A stretch of DNA of 52,308 nucleotides from a virus (Duplodnaviria > Caudoviricetes), in the IMG/VR virus record IMGVR_UViG_3300044726_000110, positions 1-52,308 of that record. The stretch is one strand, 5' to 3'. This document shows positions 15,559-24,096 of the stretch, one piece after another; the stretch's first letter is position 1, and every line of letters begins with the position of its first letter. The position numbers and the translations under genes were made by a program. A model generated the notes under the pieces. It did no database searches and was not told the DNA's origin. It saw only the letters and a list, made by a program, of their open reading frames with translations.

Positions 15559-18123
15559 GTGGTGCAAGTTACCGAAAGTGTAGCGTCGCTTCAAGCGGCG
15601 CTTTCTGCTGTCCGTAACGCCTTCGACGCGAATGTGCTCGAAGAAGATGCCGTTACCCGGCTGCGGTACATCCAGGGCGCGCTCTCAGTGGCGGTTAATG
15701 GTGACTGGGTTAGCCCAGTGGGGATCCCCAGTGTCGAGGCTCTGGCCGGATGGCCCGCCGAGACTGCGAGTGAAGCTGGCGCGAAGTTCAGCGCCGCCAC
15801 CCGTGCCGCCATCCTTAGTATGGCAGACACGCTCAAGGGACTCCTGGGTACGCAGCCCGACGATGCCGACAAGACTGCGCTCACTGCCGCCGTTGACGAG
15901 ATCAACGACAGCGTCGAGGCCATGATCAAGGAAATCATGGGGAAGAGCGAACCGGCGACCGAGTCGCTGGCCGCGATCACGTTCTCGTCCATGACGTTCG
16001 TGCAGGAAGGTACTGTTCCTGCGGACGCCAAGTACCGGATGTTCGTCATCCGCGAAGGCTTGAGCGGCAACCGCAATAACTGGACAAGGCCGGTATTGGA
16101 GGCCGCTACGGCAAGCCTTAATAACCGGCCTATCTTCTTGGACCATGCGCGCGGTAGTGAACGGGGCGCGCCTGAGCCACGGAGCCTTGCTGACCGCGTG
16201 GGCTGGTGGAGCGATCCCGCCTACGTCAAGGATTACCCCGTCAGCGAGGGCGTGAAGGCGAGTGGCATCATTGCTACCGCCAATATTCTTAGGCACTCAG
16301 CGCATTCCTGGGTCAATGACATGATCAAGGAATCGCTTGAACGCAACATGCCGGAACTCGTGGGCGTAAGTGTTGACGCCGCAATCACGGGCAAGGTCAA
16401 GACCGGATCAGATGGAAAGATGTTCCGGGACATCGAGAGCATCGTTGGGTGGCACTCGGCCGATTTGGTCGCGACCCCCGGCGCTGGTGGACAACCATTG
16501 GCGGTCCTTGAAGGATTGCTACGCGACGAGGAGATCATGGCACTCGAAGATATGACTCTCGAAAGTCTGCGGGAAGCGCGACCGGAACTCTATGAGGCCA
16601 TCGTCGCGCAGGCCAAGGAAGGGATGGTTCCGGTAACGGAAGCCACGCCTCCCCCGCCCGCAGCAGATCCGCCGCCGGCCCCAGCCGACGACAAGACCGA
16701 TGCTGTCACGGAGACGCTCACGCGCATCCAGCAGATCGAAACCAACATGAAGCTCACGCAGCAGGCGGCTGTCGTTGAGGCCATGCTGATCACTTCGGTA
16801 CTTCCCGAAGAGGTCCGCAAAGTCATCCGCACGGAGATCGGCACCACCGAACTCCGCACCGTGGAGGAACTTCAGGCCACCATCGACAAGTACGTCTCCG
16901 TGGCGCGGACGCTGGTGCAGGAGTCCCAGACCCTGACCAACACCACGCTGATCCCGTTCAGGGGCAGCGTCGTGATGGAAGGCCAGAACACTCCGCTCGA
17001 CCAGGTGATGAACGCGCTCGACGACTGGTTCGGTGCCGGGGATCCTGCCAAGAAAGGCACCTTCCGGCCCATCGAGTCGATGCGGCAGTTCTACCAGGCC
17101 GTCACCGGCGACTACGATTTCAACGGCGTGTACAACGCCAAGGAATCCGCCATCGGCAGCTACCTCGACATGCGTGTTACCGAGGCTCTCCCCGGTCAAA
17201 CACACATCGTCGGCGGCTCCACGATCACGCTTCCCAGCCTGTTCGGGCTGTCGATGAACCGGGCGCTCACCAAGAAGTACGCGGCACAGCGTCTCTGGTG
17301 GGAGCCGGTTGTTGAGAAGAAGCGCCTCAACAACTTCAAGGAGCAGGAGCGCACCCGGCTGCACTCCTTCGGATCTCTGACCCAGCGCACAGTCGGTACT
17401 GAAGAGTACGTCGAACTGGACTGGGCTGAGACGAAGGAAGTGTACACGCCGACCGGATACGGCAACGTTGTCCCGGTCAACCGGCGCGGCTTCATCAACG
17501 ACGACATGGAAGGCATTCGCCGGATTCCCACCCTGCTGGGCGAATCCGCTGGATACACCATCAACGAAGTCGTTGCTGCTCTCTTCACCGCCAACTCGGG
17601 CGCAGGCGTTGCCCTCACCGATACGTTCGCTGTGTTCCACGCCAACCACCAGGGCAACCTGGGATCGGCGGCGCTGGACCAAGCGTCCCTCGAAGCGGCC
17701 ATCGTGCTCGTCTCGGGCATGACCAACGATGCGTCGAAGGCAATCGGCTGGCAGTTGAAGCACCTGTTGGTGCCGAACACGCTGATGCCGACCGCCTACC
17801 GGCTCACTCAGTCCCAGCAGACGCCGGGAACCGCGAACAACGATCCGAACTTCATCGCTTCCCAGTGGGGCGTGTCGAACGTGATCTACGTTCCGCAGTT
17901 CAACGCCGACGCCAACAACTGGTACGCGATGGCAGACCCGTCCGAGATCACGCTGATTGAAGTCGGCTTCATCCTCGGCCAGGAAGAGCCTGCCATGTTC
18001 GTCCAGAACGGGCCGACCGAGGGCATCGTCTTCACCAACGATGTCATCAACTACAAGGTCCGTCACGAATATGGCGCGGACTTCATCGATTACCGCGGCG
18101 CTTACGGCGCAGTCGTCGCCTAA
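15559..18123 (+). CDS. fused prohead protease-scaffold-major capsid protein (Mu gpT-like HK97 fold)
   Basis: Protease motifs PIFLDH, GVSVDA, SADLVATPGAGG; capsid motifs YG..V.VNRR..INDD, FHANH.N, LLVP, YKVRHEYG...DYRG; start approximate. Confidence 0.9.
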   Translation: MVQVTESVASLQAALSAVRNAFDANVLEEDAVTRLRYIQGALSVAVNGDWVSPVGIPSVEALAGWPAETASEAGAKFSAATRAAILSMADTLKGLLGTQPDDADKTALTAAVDEINDSVEAMIKEIMGKSEPATESLAAITFSSMTFVQEGTVPADAKYRMFVIREGLSGNRNNWTRPVLEAATASLNNRPIFLDHARGSERGAPEPRSLADRVGWWSDPAYVKDYPVSEGVKASGIIATANILRHSAHSWVNDMIKESLERNMPELVGVSVDAAITGKVKTGSDGKMFRDIESIVGWHSADLVATPGAGGQPLAVLEGLLRDEEIMALEDMTLESLREARPELYEAIVAQAKEGMVPVTEATPPPPAADPPPAPADDKTDAVTETLTRIQQIETNMKLTQQAAVVEAMLITSVLPEEVRKVIRTEIGTTELRTVEELQATIDKYVSVARTLVQESQTLTNTTLIPFRGSVVMEGQNTPLDQVMNALDDWFGAGDPAKKGTFRPIESMRQFYQAVTGDYDFNGVYNAKESAIGSYLDMRVTEALPGQTHIVGGSTITLPSLFGLSMNRALTKKYAAQRLWWEPVVEKKRLNNFKEQERTRLHSFGSLTQRTVGTEEYVELDWAETKEVYTPTGYGNVVPVNRRGFINDDMEGIRRIPTLLGESAGYTINEVVAALFTANSGAGVALTDTFAVFHANHQGNLGSAALDQASLEAAIVLVSGMTNDASKAIGWQLKHLLVPNTLMPTAYRLTQSQQTPGTANNDPNFIASQWGVSNVIYVPQFNADANNWYAMADPSEITLIEVGFILGQEEPAMFVQNGPTEGIVFTNDVINYKVRHEYGADFIDYRGAYGAVVA

Positions 18124-18125
18124 CA

Positions 18126-18156
18126 GAGAGGGGGCTGCACATTGCAGCCCCCTTTC
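18126..18156 (+). terminator. intrinsic terminator-like hairpin after capsid gene
   Basis: AGGGGGCTGCA-CAT-TGCAGCCCCCT plus short T run. Confidence 0.7.
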
Positions 18157-18170
18157 AAAACGCAAACTTG

Positions 18171-18309
18171 TGGGTAGACATTTCGATATCCGCGTGGTAC
18201 GTTCCCGTCAGCACTGGTAGTTGGGCGAGAGTCCAGAGGTTACGGGAGTCGGACAGTAGCGCGGATAAGAGGTGAAAGCCTACTCCCTACTACCTCGATG
18301 GAGTACCCA
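18171..18309 (+). ncRNA. candidate structured cis-regulatory RNA leader
   Basis: Nested helices, two GNRA-capped hairpins, anti-SD alternative pairing; no family recognised. Confidence 0.45.
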
Positions 18310-18311
18310 AC

Positions 18312-19232
18312 ATGGCCGGTGAAACAGGATTCCCTGGTGGCATCCTTACCCGTGGCAACCAGCCGTTTCTTCCGGCTGGTCGGGCAGCTTCGCAGATCTT
18401 GCGAATCCTCGCCAACGTAACCCAGAACGACCCCAACGTGATCGGCAGCGACACGTACCGGGCCGCGAACATCGCGACCGACAGCACCAAGACGGTCACC
18501 GGCCTCGCGACCACCGGCCCCGGCAACAGCCCGCAGGCCACCATCACGATGGCGGCGCACGGCCTCAAGGTCAATGACGTAATCCGCATTGAGAACGAGA
18601 TCATGCTCGTCATCGGTGTGCTGAACGTCAACCAGATCGTGGTCCGGCGCGGCACGCATGGCACGTCCATTGCGACACACGCTGACGCCACCGCGATCTT
18701 CGTGGAAGTGGCACTCGGCGGGGGCAGCATCCCGGTCGCGATGAACAACGGCGTCACCCCGACGCTGTACACCGCGAGCCTGGTGTGGGCGATCAATAAT
18801 TTGGGTAGGGAGCGCGTCAAGGCTTACCTGATCGACGTGAACACCGTGCTGGTCGTGGCCTGCGATAGGCCCGCCAAAGATGGCGGCGCGCCGAGGTCGG
18901 GTGCCAGCGCAATCGCTACCACCGAAACCTTCACTTCTGGCTCCAACGTCTGGGATGCGGCGACACTCGCCGGTGGCCGCGATGCTGGTGGCGTGGAAAT
19001 GATCAGGCATGTCCCCACGGCGGCGCAAGTCACCGCTGGCAAGATCGTGCTGGCCTTCCCCTACGTCCCGGTCGTGGAAGCGATCTACGCTCAGGTCACC
19101 TCGTCCGGTGCCGTCAAGGTCTGGGATGGCGCAGCCACCGTCTCGGGCACCAACGTCGTCATCGACAACGCGGGCGGCGTTGACTGGGCCGCAACCGACA
19201 CGCTCTGGATCTTCATCCGAGCCACCACGTAG
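18312..19232 (+). CDS. virion structural protein (head decoration/fibre-like)
   Basis: Follows capsid; A/T/G/V-rich beta composition; IRIENEIM...VRRG motif. Confidence 0.65.
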   Translation: MAGETGFPGGILTRGNQPFLPAGRAASQILRILANVTQNDPNVIGSDTYRAANIATDSTKTVTGLATTGPGNSPQATITMAAHGLKVNDVIRIENEIMLVIGVLNVNQIVVRRGTHGTSIATHADATAIFVEVALGGGSIPVAMNNGVTPTLYTASLVWAINNLGRERVKAYLIDVNTVLVVACDRPAKDGGAPRSGASAIATTETFTSGSNVWDAATLAGGRDAGGVEMIRHVPTAAQVTAGKIVLAFPYVPVVEAIYAQVTSSGAVKVWDGAATVSGTNVVIDNAGGVDWAATDTLWIFIRATT

Positions 19233-19244
19233 GAGTACGCAGTC

Positions 19245-19802
19245 ATGGCAGAACTTTCCGAATTCGACGCGATGCGCCTCGCGGTCAAGCAAGAGGCGAA
19301 GAATTCTCTGGAGGATGCGCACACGTATCTGAAGGACAACTACATCGTTGCGAAGTTGACGGAATTCGCGGAGGAGGCCGGGATTGAAGACCCGGCCACC
19401 ACCAAGGATCCCCTCATTGAGCAACTGATCGCCAAGCTCACCAGTGGTGAGGATGCGGAAACCGGCGACGAGTCCGAGGCCGAGGAGGAATCCGAGGCTG
19501 AGGATGAAGAAGCAGTCCCCGACGAAAAAAGCGTACTCTCGTCGGGGAAGGGGCGTGCGAAGGGCGTATCTCTCCCAGCGAAGGTGGCTTCATATCCACC
19601 GGACCAACTCTGGCCGCAGATCTCTGGCTGGGAACTCGACCAGGGTCTGGACGAGGACGCCCAAGCCGCCTACAGCGAAGATGAGCTTCGTGAATACCTC
19701 GCCTACCTGTGGGCCGAGGGACGCACGGGCCAGGATCCGGCGAGGCGCCTGCGTATCGTCGATTACAAATTCAAGGGAATCAACAGGCCGGAGGCCGAGT
19801 AA
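19245..19802 (+). CDS. acidic protein with HeH/Rho-N-like motif
   Basis: YIVAKLTEFAEEAGI...TKDPLIEQL. Confidence 0.6.
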   Translation: MAELSEFDAMRLAVKQEAKNSLEDAHTYLKDNYIVAKLTEFAEEAGIEDPATTKDPLIEQLIAKLTSGEDAETGDESEAEEESEAEDEEAVPDEKSVLSSGKGRAKGVSLPAKVASYPPDQLWPQISGWELDQGLDEDAQAAYSEDELREYLAYLWAEGRTGQDPARRLRIVDYKFKGINRPEAE

Positions 19803-20164
19803 TGGGTTTCCACATGTACGAGGGGGTCGGGGACGGGAACGGCACGTTCACGGTGCGCGGGCCGGTGAGCGGCCTCCTCGAAGCCATCAGTATCAGCGAT
19901 GATGCTGACGCGTCCAACGTCGCCAAAACGGTGCAGATCGTGGCGACGTTGGCTGAGGGGCTGACCTTCAACTTCGGCGCACCCACCATCGTCGGCAATA
20001 CGCCGATCCAGCTTCGTCCGCGTGTGTTGGCGAATAACGCCGCCGACTTCACGACCATCGCCAACGTCTACGAGCGATACTGGATCAATGGTAAGGTTTC
20101 CTTCGTGGTAGCCTCCGCTGATGCCGGCGACATCACCCGAGTTCGGTTGATCGTGGAGCAGTAA
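19802..20164 (+). CDS. hypothetical structural protein (120 aa)
   Basis: TAATG coupling; beta-rich. Confidence 0.7.
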   Translation: MGFHMYEGVGDGNGTFTVRGPVSGLLEAISISDDADASNVAKTVQIVATLAEGLTFNFGAPTIVGNTPIQLRPRVLANNAADFTTIANVYERYWINGKVSFVVASADAGDITRVRLIVEQ

Positions 20165-20165
20165 A

Positions 20166-20894
20166 GTGGTCGTTACCGTTGAAGCTCTGCGGACAGATGT
20201 GCGTGCCAAGTTCCAGAATCTGGACCCTGGCATGTTTTCTGATGAGGCGTTGGACCTGGACATCCGTCTGGGTCTTTCGAGGTTGTCGTCAGATCGCCCG
20301 TACGAGGCCAACTACACACTGGCCGCGACGGGCGAGAAGCACAACCTCAACAGCCTGATCTCCAACTGGCTGCATGACTTCTCCGTGATCAAGTCCATCT
20401 GGTTGCCGACACCGACAACCAGCATGGGCCGCGTTGACGCGCTCAAGTCGGATACGTACCGCGTGGTCACGATGGGGAGCACGGACTGGTTGTATGTGAG
20501 CGGTGGCGTGAGTAGCAGCGGCGCACTCATCGTGTACACCATCCCGCATACGTTGACAGGGATAGCGGGTGCAGCAGTTACGACCGTTCCGGATCTGCTG
20601 TACCCGCCCCTGCTCCACATAACGGGCCACCACGTCGCGATGAGCCAGGCATCCAAGATGAGCGGCCAGCGCGACAAGCAGATGCCTGCGGACTTCGTCA
20701 ACTTCGGCACCAGCAACGCGGACCAGTATCGGCGGCAGGCGCGCGAGTTTGAGCGCGACTACCTCAGTGCGATGAATCTGTCATTCGACCGGCCCAAGGC
20801 AATCGGCATGGTGCGGAATATGCCGTCACAGACGCCGACCGGCGAGCCGTGGATGACGCATCGCACGACCGGGGTGGGATACAGTGGCCGTTAG
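20166..20894 (+). CDS. head-tail adaptor
   Basis: Position; N-terminal TVEALRTDVR...FSDEALD helix pattern. Confidence 0.6.
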   Translation: MVVTVEALRTDVRAKFQNLDPGMFSDEALDLDIRLGLSRLSSDRPYEANYTLAATGEKHNLNSLISNWLHDFSVIKSIWLPTPTTSMGRVDALKSDTYRVVTMGSTDWLYVSGGVSSSGALIVYTIPHTLTGIAGAAVTTVPDLLYPPLLHITGHHVAMSQASKMSGQRDKQMPADFVNFGTSNADQYRRQAREFERDYLSAMNLSFDRPKAIGMVRNMPSQTPTGEPWMTHRTTGVGYSGR

Positions 20895-21369
20895 CTCCCT
20901 TGCAATGCGCGACTCGATCAAGACGTTGCTGGAAGCTGCCGGGGCCGAGAACGTCTACACCGAGGATCCGAAACTCGTAGACTGGCCCACCGTGTTCGAC
21001 ATGCTGGTCCAGCAGAACAAGCAGTTCATCCAGGCGTGGGTGATCCGGCGCGTTGGGAGTGTGCCGCTCACAAGTGAGACATCTCAATACGTCCCCATCG
21101 GGTGCGCCATTTACTGGAACCACACGTTCAACGTGATGCTGTTCTTTGGCTATGTCGAGGGCAGCAGCGAAGATCAGATGCATGCGCTCATCGATCAAGT
21201 CCTGACGTACATGCAGGGGAAGCGCACGTTGGGGAACACCGCATTCGGGGTGATGGCCCCGCTAACGCTCACAGGTATCCGGCCTGAGCAGTTGGGCGGT
21301 ATCGGTGGATATGAGGCTACGTTTACGCTCGTTGCCCAGCAACACGAGTCGGGAGTAGTGATGGAGTGA
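20884..21369 (+). CDS. tail terminator-like protein
   Basis: Size and position just upstream of tail tube. Confidence 0.55.
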   Translation: MAVSSLAMRDSIKTLLEAAGAENVYTEDPKLVDWPTVFDMLVQQNKQFIQAWVIRRVGSVPLTSETSQYVPIGCAIYWNHTFNVMLFFGYVEGSSEDQMHALIDQVLTYMQGKRTLGNTAFGVMAPLTLTGIRPEQLGGIGGYEATFTLVAQQHESGVVME

Positions 21370-21375
21370 GCATCT

Positions 21376-21732
21376 ATGGCCTGTGGCTGCACACCAGTTG
21401 ACCTTGACGCGGTAGCCGCCGCGTGGCAGTCTTTCAAGGAACTTGAGGAGTCCGCCGTTATGACCCAGCCAACACCCCCAGCAGAGCAGCCAGCCGAGGA
21501 CGAGGAACTGACCACGGTCTACTGGACCGGGGATCCCGAAGTCACGGCTATCAGCGCGGGCGGCGTCGATAACCTGGTCATCAAGAACGGCCAAGCCAAG
21601 GTGCCGATCAGCATTGCGGTCTACCTCACGAGTGCCCAACCGAGAAACTTCAGCGCGGCCCCGCCAGCCAAGGGATCGCCAGAAGCCGCCAAAACGCCGA
21701 GTACGCCAGCGAAAGAAAACGCTCAGGAGTAA
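21376..21732 (+). CDS. hypothetical protein
   Basis: ORF between terminator and tube; may start at internal ATG 21459 (GAGGAG RBS). Confidence 0.6.
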   Translation: MACGCTPVDLDAVAAAWQSFKELEESAVMTQPTPPAEQPAEDEELTTVYWTGDPEVTAISAGGVDNLVIKNGQAKVPISIAVYLTSAQPRNFSAAPPAKGSPEAAKTPSTPAKENAQE

Positions 21733-21738
21733 TCCGCG

Positions 21739-22686
21739 ATGACGATGGCACGGTCCTTCCAATACAAGGTCGCCCTGAAGAAGGAAACCGTCTGGGGTAC
21801 TCCTGTTGTCCCCGACGTGACATTCCCGATCATGGACGGCTCCGGCGTCCCGCAGCTTACCGCCACTTATGATGACGGCAAGCGCGGTGTTGCAACCGCC
21901 GACTTCGACGCCCTGCTCGATGCGGGCCACGGCGAAATGTCGTTTGAGGGGTGGTACTACCCCGAGACAATCGCCCACGCCATCATGGGGCTGTTCGGTA
22001 CCGACACGATCTCGGGCGCGTCTGACCCGTACACGCACACGTTCTCGCTGAACGTCGATGTGCCGTCGTACACGATTGAAGAGACGTACCTCGCTGGGGC
22101 CAGCGGTGGCGTCCAGTACGCCGGATCCAGGTTCGGCTCGCTGAGCTTCAACTGGGATGCGTCGGGCGGCGCTCTCGGCTACAACGCGACCGCGATGGGC
22201 AAGATCCCCACGGTCGTGACCCCGGCTGCACCGGCCATCTCGATTGAGACGGCCTTCGAGGGCTGGCAGGCCACGGTCACCAGCACCGGCCTGACCACTC
22301 CCTGCGTGGTCACTCAGGGCGAGATCAACCTCACGCGTGACCTCCAGGTCATTCACACCGGGTGTGACAGCAAGGATCCGTCCTTCATCAACGCCGGTGC
22401 CATGTCGGTCGAGGGCAGCTTGCAGGTAGCCTTCAACAACATGGCTCTCTTCAACCTGTTCCTCGCCGGTACCCGCCAGTCCCTCGTGATCTCCTTCGTG
22501 AAGGGGACGCCGGAACGCAGCATTGTGTTCACGATGACGGACTGCTTCTTCGGTGCCGCGCCGCCCGAGTGGGATCGCTCAGGCATCTCGGTTCTCATGC
22601 GCCTCAGCTTCCGTGGTATCTACAACCTCACGGATGCCGGCAACATCAAGATCGTCTGCAAGAACGCCAAAGCGACGGCGTACTAG
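21739..22686 (+). CDS. major tail tube protein
   Basis: KETVWGTPV, YTHTF, PSYTIE motifs; precedes chaperone and tape measure. Confidence 0.85.
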   Translation: MTMARSFQYKVALKKETVWGTPVVPDVTFPIMDGSGVPQLTATYDDGKRGVATADFDALLDAGHGEMSFEGWYYPETIAHAIMGLFGTDTISGASDPYTHTFSLNVDVPSYTIEETYLAGASGGVQYAGSRFGSLSFNWDASGGALGYNATAMGKIPTVVTPAAPAISIETAFEGWQATVTSTGLTTPCVVTQGEINLTRDLQVIHTGCDSKDPSFINAGAMSVEGSLQVAFNNMALFNLFLAGTRQSLVISFVKGTPERSIVFTMTDCFFGAAPPEWDRSGISVLMRLSFRGIYNLTDAGNIKIVCKNAKATAY

Positions 22687-22743
22687 GACGCTCTCACAAA
22701 CCGGGGAGCCAGCCCCACCAATCATCAACTAGGAGTACGCACC

Positions 22744-23280
22744 GTGGCATGGAAAACAATAAGCATCGAGATCGGACGAAAGTACGATCTCGATGAACCC
22801 AACCAGGACTTGTGGATCAAGGCAATCCCGATGATGTGGTTGCCTGGTTCACAAAGCACCGACATCATCTCCCGCATTAATGCTGATGAGGCGAAGGTGC
22901 GGGAGATCGGTGAGGACGGCGAAGAGGCCATCAAGATCCGCATGGCGGGCCTCTACGACATCTTCCCGGCACTGGTCGCTTCGTGGAACCTGAAGAACGA
23001 CGACCAGGACATGCCGATCCCGAGCAAGCTGGAGGACATGTCCTTCGTCCGCTCACTCCCGGTCCAGATCATTCAGGAGGTCTGTGACGCCTGCATCAAC
23101 TACGGAGTCGAGACTGAGCCAGACAACGCGGTGGCGCTCGTTGCGGCCAATGACCCCGATGCTGGAGATGCGGCGGCACAAGCTATCCCTTTAGCGAAAG
23201 ACGGCGAATCCGAACCGCTATCCTTAGTGGCAGCGGGCCAAGCAGAGCCGTCGAGCAGCAATGGAAACTCTTACAGCTAG
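22744..23280 (+). CDS. tail assembly chaperone (G)
   Basis: Follows tail tube; LVASWNL...P motif; slippery site near 3' end. Confidence 0.8.
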   Translation: MAWKTISIEIGRKYDLDEPNQDLWIKAIPMMWLPGSQSTDIISRINADEAKVREIGEDGEEAIKIRMAGLYDIFPALVASWNLKNDDQDMPIPSKLEDMSFVRSLPVQIIQEVCDACINYGVETEPDNAVALVAANDPDAGDAAAQAIPLAKDGESEPLSLVAAGQAEPSSSNGNSYS

Positions 23281-23624
23281 CGCAGGCACAGGGCCAGGAA
23301 ATCGATACGTCCGCGCTGGCTGAACTCATGGAGGCGACTCGACCCGGTGGCGTAAGCGATCAGGAGAAGGAGCCTCTTCCCGAATGGTACGTTGTGGCAG
23401 AATGCATGAAAGCGTATCATTGGACTGAGCGTCAGTTCTGGGAAGATAACAGTCCAGCGATGATCTTCCGTCTCCTGTGGATCGAAAAGGTCCACGCGGA
23501 GAGGGATGAAAAAGATCGAACGAGGGCGCAATCGAATGCCGCGAGCAACAGCGCAAATCAAGGTCAGCCTGGATCCGGGGGAATGGCAAGACCTCGCCCG
23601 CGAGGTCAATCGGCTCGCCGCTAA
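23187..23624 (+). CDS. tail assembly chaperone -1 frameshift extension (GT)
   Basis: C CCT TTA slippery heptamer at 23187-23193; -1 frame open to 23624 (YHWTERQF). Confidence 0.8.
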   Translation, partial: PFSERRRIRTAILSGSGPSRAVEQQWKLLQLAQAQGQEIDTSALAELMEATRPGGVSDQEKEPLPEWYVVAECMKAYHWTERQFWEDNSPAMIFRLLWIEKVHAERDEKDRTRAQSNAASNSANQGQPGSGGMARPRPRGQSARR

Positions 23625-24096
23625 CCTTCCCGAAGAACGTAACATCATCCTCCAGGGAATGCGCGAGACTGTGGAATCAGCCGTCATGTCTCAGTACACG
23701 GATTATCCTGTGGACGATGCACGGCCTAGCCCATCCGTCTTTAGTGGGGCATGGGGCGCGGGACTGGACGTAAAGGTGCGGCCCGATCTTGGGGCGATCA
23801 CGATTACGAACAACGCGGCACATGCCGCCGCTGTCGAGATTGGTCGCGGCCCCGGCCCGGTGCCGCAGTCGCCAATCGCGGAGTGGGCACGTGAAAAGCT
23901 GGATCTTGAGGATCCGAAAGCTATACGGCGCATTTGGCGCAAAATTGTGGAGCGCGGCTATCGAGGTGAGCACATCATTTGGAAGGCCACCAACCCGTAT
24001 GCTGATGGCGGCACCGGGCCGGATCTTCACAACGAGCTAGGCTATATTCTTCGTGACCGCATCGAGCGGCTCATGAGAAAGCATGGGTGGGGCTAG
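23536..24096 (+). CDS. HK97 gp10-like tail completion protein
   Basis: NNAAHAAAVEIGRGPG...P...IAEWA...IVERG pattern. Confidence 0.7.
   Translation: MPRATAQIKVSLDPGEWQDLAREVNRLAANLPEERNIILQGMRETVESAVMSQYTDYPVDDARPSPSVFSGAWGAGLDVKVRPDLGAITITNNAAHAAAVEIGRGPGPVPQSPIAEWAREKLDLEDPKAIRRIWRKIVERGYRGEHIIWKATNPYADGGTGPDLHNELGYILRDRIERLMRKHGWG

Noticed and set aside
16519-19424. Long antisense ORFs (548 aa and 394 aa) opposite the capsid and decoration genes
   Set aside because: Shadow ORFs expected from high-GC codon bias; no motifs or RBS
23187-23193. Programmed -1 frameshift as a novelty
   Set aside because: Real, but a well-known feature of tail assembly chaperones; listed as a feature only
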